DNA from: Lama glama | Lineage: Eukaryota | DNA length: 64,000 nt | Assembly: GCA_028534125.1 (NCBI GenBank) | Contig: CM052816.1 | Coordinates: 86,988,001 to 87,052,000 of the forward strand | Direction: 5' to 3' | Part shown: positions 62,587 through 64,000 of the stretch, piece by piece | How positions within the stretch are numbered: position 1 is the stretch's first letter | Layout: every line of letters begins with the position of its first letter | Notes under the pieces: generated by a model | Databases searched by the model: none | Seen by the model: only the letters and a program-made list of their open reading frames with translations | What the model was told of the DNA's origin: nothing | Translations under genes and position numbers: made by a program

Positions 62587-64000
62587 TTTGGATAATGTGA
62601 GTTTTCATCCAGAAAACAAAACTTGACCAAAATAAGACCCTGTTCTAAGTAATTCAACAGGCAACAGCAATTGACCGTTTCCTCTGATTGTGCACCAGAC
62701 AGGGCATTGGTATATTCAGATTAAAATAATAAATTTAGGCGTCATAATATGGTAGACTGTAGGATTAAGTATTTCAAAGTAAGAGGTTCAATACCTGTGA
62801 ATCTGTTACCTTTATTCTGCTTCAAAATGCAGCTCAGTGATGGCATTTGTCACACGAGGACAGTGGGAAAGAGTATGCAGAATGTGGTCATTTTCATTGC
62901 CATGACCACAAAAAAAAAAAAAAAAAAAAAGAAAAGTCTTATGTTAGTGGCTTCTGTCTTACAGAAAAGTGACAGCCACATTTCTGAGGGGAGTCAAAAG
63001 TACAAAAACCATGAAAATACTTTAAGAAATAGAACCACTCTTGAAAGTATGAGCTATCAAAAATATTTAAAAACATAACTACAAAAATATGCATTTCTTT
63101 CTTCAACTTATTAAACAGCAACCTAATGTCTTATTAAGTGCACTAAGCCTCTCCAGCTATCTGACTTTTTTTAGGGGCCCATTCCCTGCAAAAAGAAGAA
63201 AGAAAAATAAATTAGAGCATTCAGTTCAAGTTTTCTTACTTAAAATAATTGTCCCAGTCAATTTTAGGGGATTATTTTAGTCAGAAGATATTTTAAAAAT
63301 CATTGTTAACTTGATAAAATTGGAGATAACTATATATCCCTTTTATTCTTATTTGATAACTAAGTATAAAAGTCCCAAAAGCCATTTGCTAACTGTGGCT
63401 TAATACGATTGTTTTTCTTAACTGCAAAGTTTACAGATTCTGCTTAATTAAAAAGAAAAATACAGTATCGACAATATACTTACTGAATTCATGAATATTG
63501 GAACCCAAAGCACTCATTAAGCTATTAGTAAAAAATAAATTCCACAGATGTGATAGAGGAAATGCAGCTCAAATTGTCCTGGTGGAAAAAACCTTGAGAT
63601 AATTAGGATTAGATTATGGAGGCTTGAGATAATGAGGGTGGAACTAGCATTGCAGGAGATGATCCTGAACATCAAGTCCCTTGGCTGCGAAGCAAGGATT
63701 GGACAGCTGCTGGCCAGAGTCCAGGAGGTCAGAATCAGCCAACTGTGTCTTTAGCCAGCAGTGGTGAGTGACATCCCCTTCCCCAAGCACAAAGGACAGC
63801 GAAAGGTTAGAAAGTCTTATCTGTCCAACTGAAATACATGTGGAAATTCCCCCATAGACTCTGCCTTACTCTAGATGTTAAACCTTAGGGCAAGCAGATG
63901 GTGATTCTGTTAAATAGCTTGCATTAGGGAATCCATTCTTTTGCAAAAAAAAAAAAATCACAAATAATATCTTAGTACTATACAGTGTGGTTTAGGTTAC

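Noticed and set aside
1..64000. A novel multi-gene system, CRISPR array, operon or prophage
   Set aside because: The sequence is mammalian repeat-rich non-coding DNA, with no long ORFs, no regularly spaced repeat-spacer array and no gene clusters

Overview
This is AT-rich, CpG-depleted mammalian genomic DNA, not a prokaryotic or viral sequence. A tRNA-Ala-derived SINE matching the camelid Vic-1 family (32103-32237) points to a camelid (alpaca, vicuna or camel). I find no credible host protein-coding gene, so the window reads as a gene desert or the interior of a very long intron. A large share is decayed interspersed repeat: young lineage-specific L1s (one keeps a broken ORF2 with the RT motif LFADDM), old L1M/L2/MIR fragments, MaLR, ERVL and ERV1 LTRs, a decayed ERVL pol (RNase H/integrase) with an LTR16-type LTR, and Tigger/hAT DNA transposons. 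The ORF-track entries are repeat fragments or chance ORFs. Repeat subfamily names come from my recollection of consensus sequences and need RepeatMasker/Dfam confirmation. I did not find a convincing new biological system. The best leads are a recursive-splice-like AG|GTAAGT site at 5161, two minus-strand non-coding exon candidates, a Tigger element carrying MIR cargo, nested insertions with readable target-site duplications, and two unassigned protein-like stretches (about 6030-6480 and 52640-54700).
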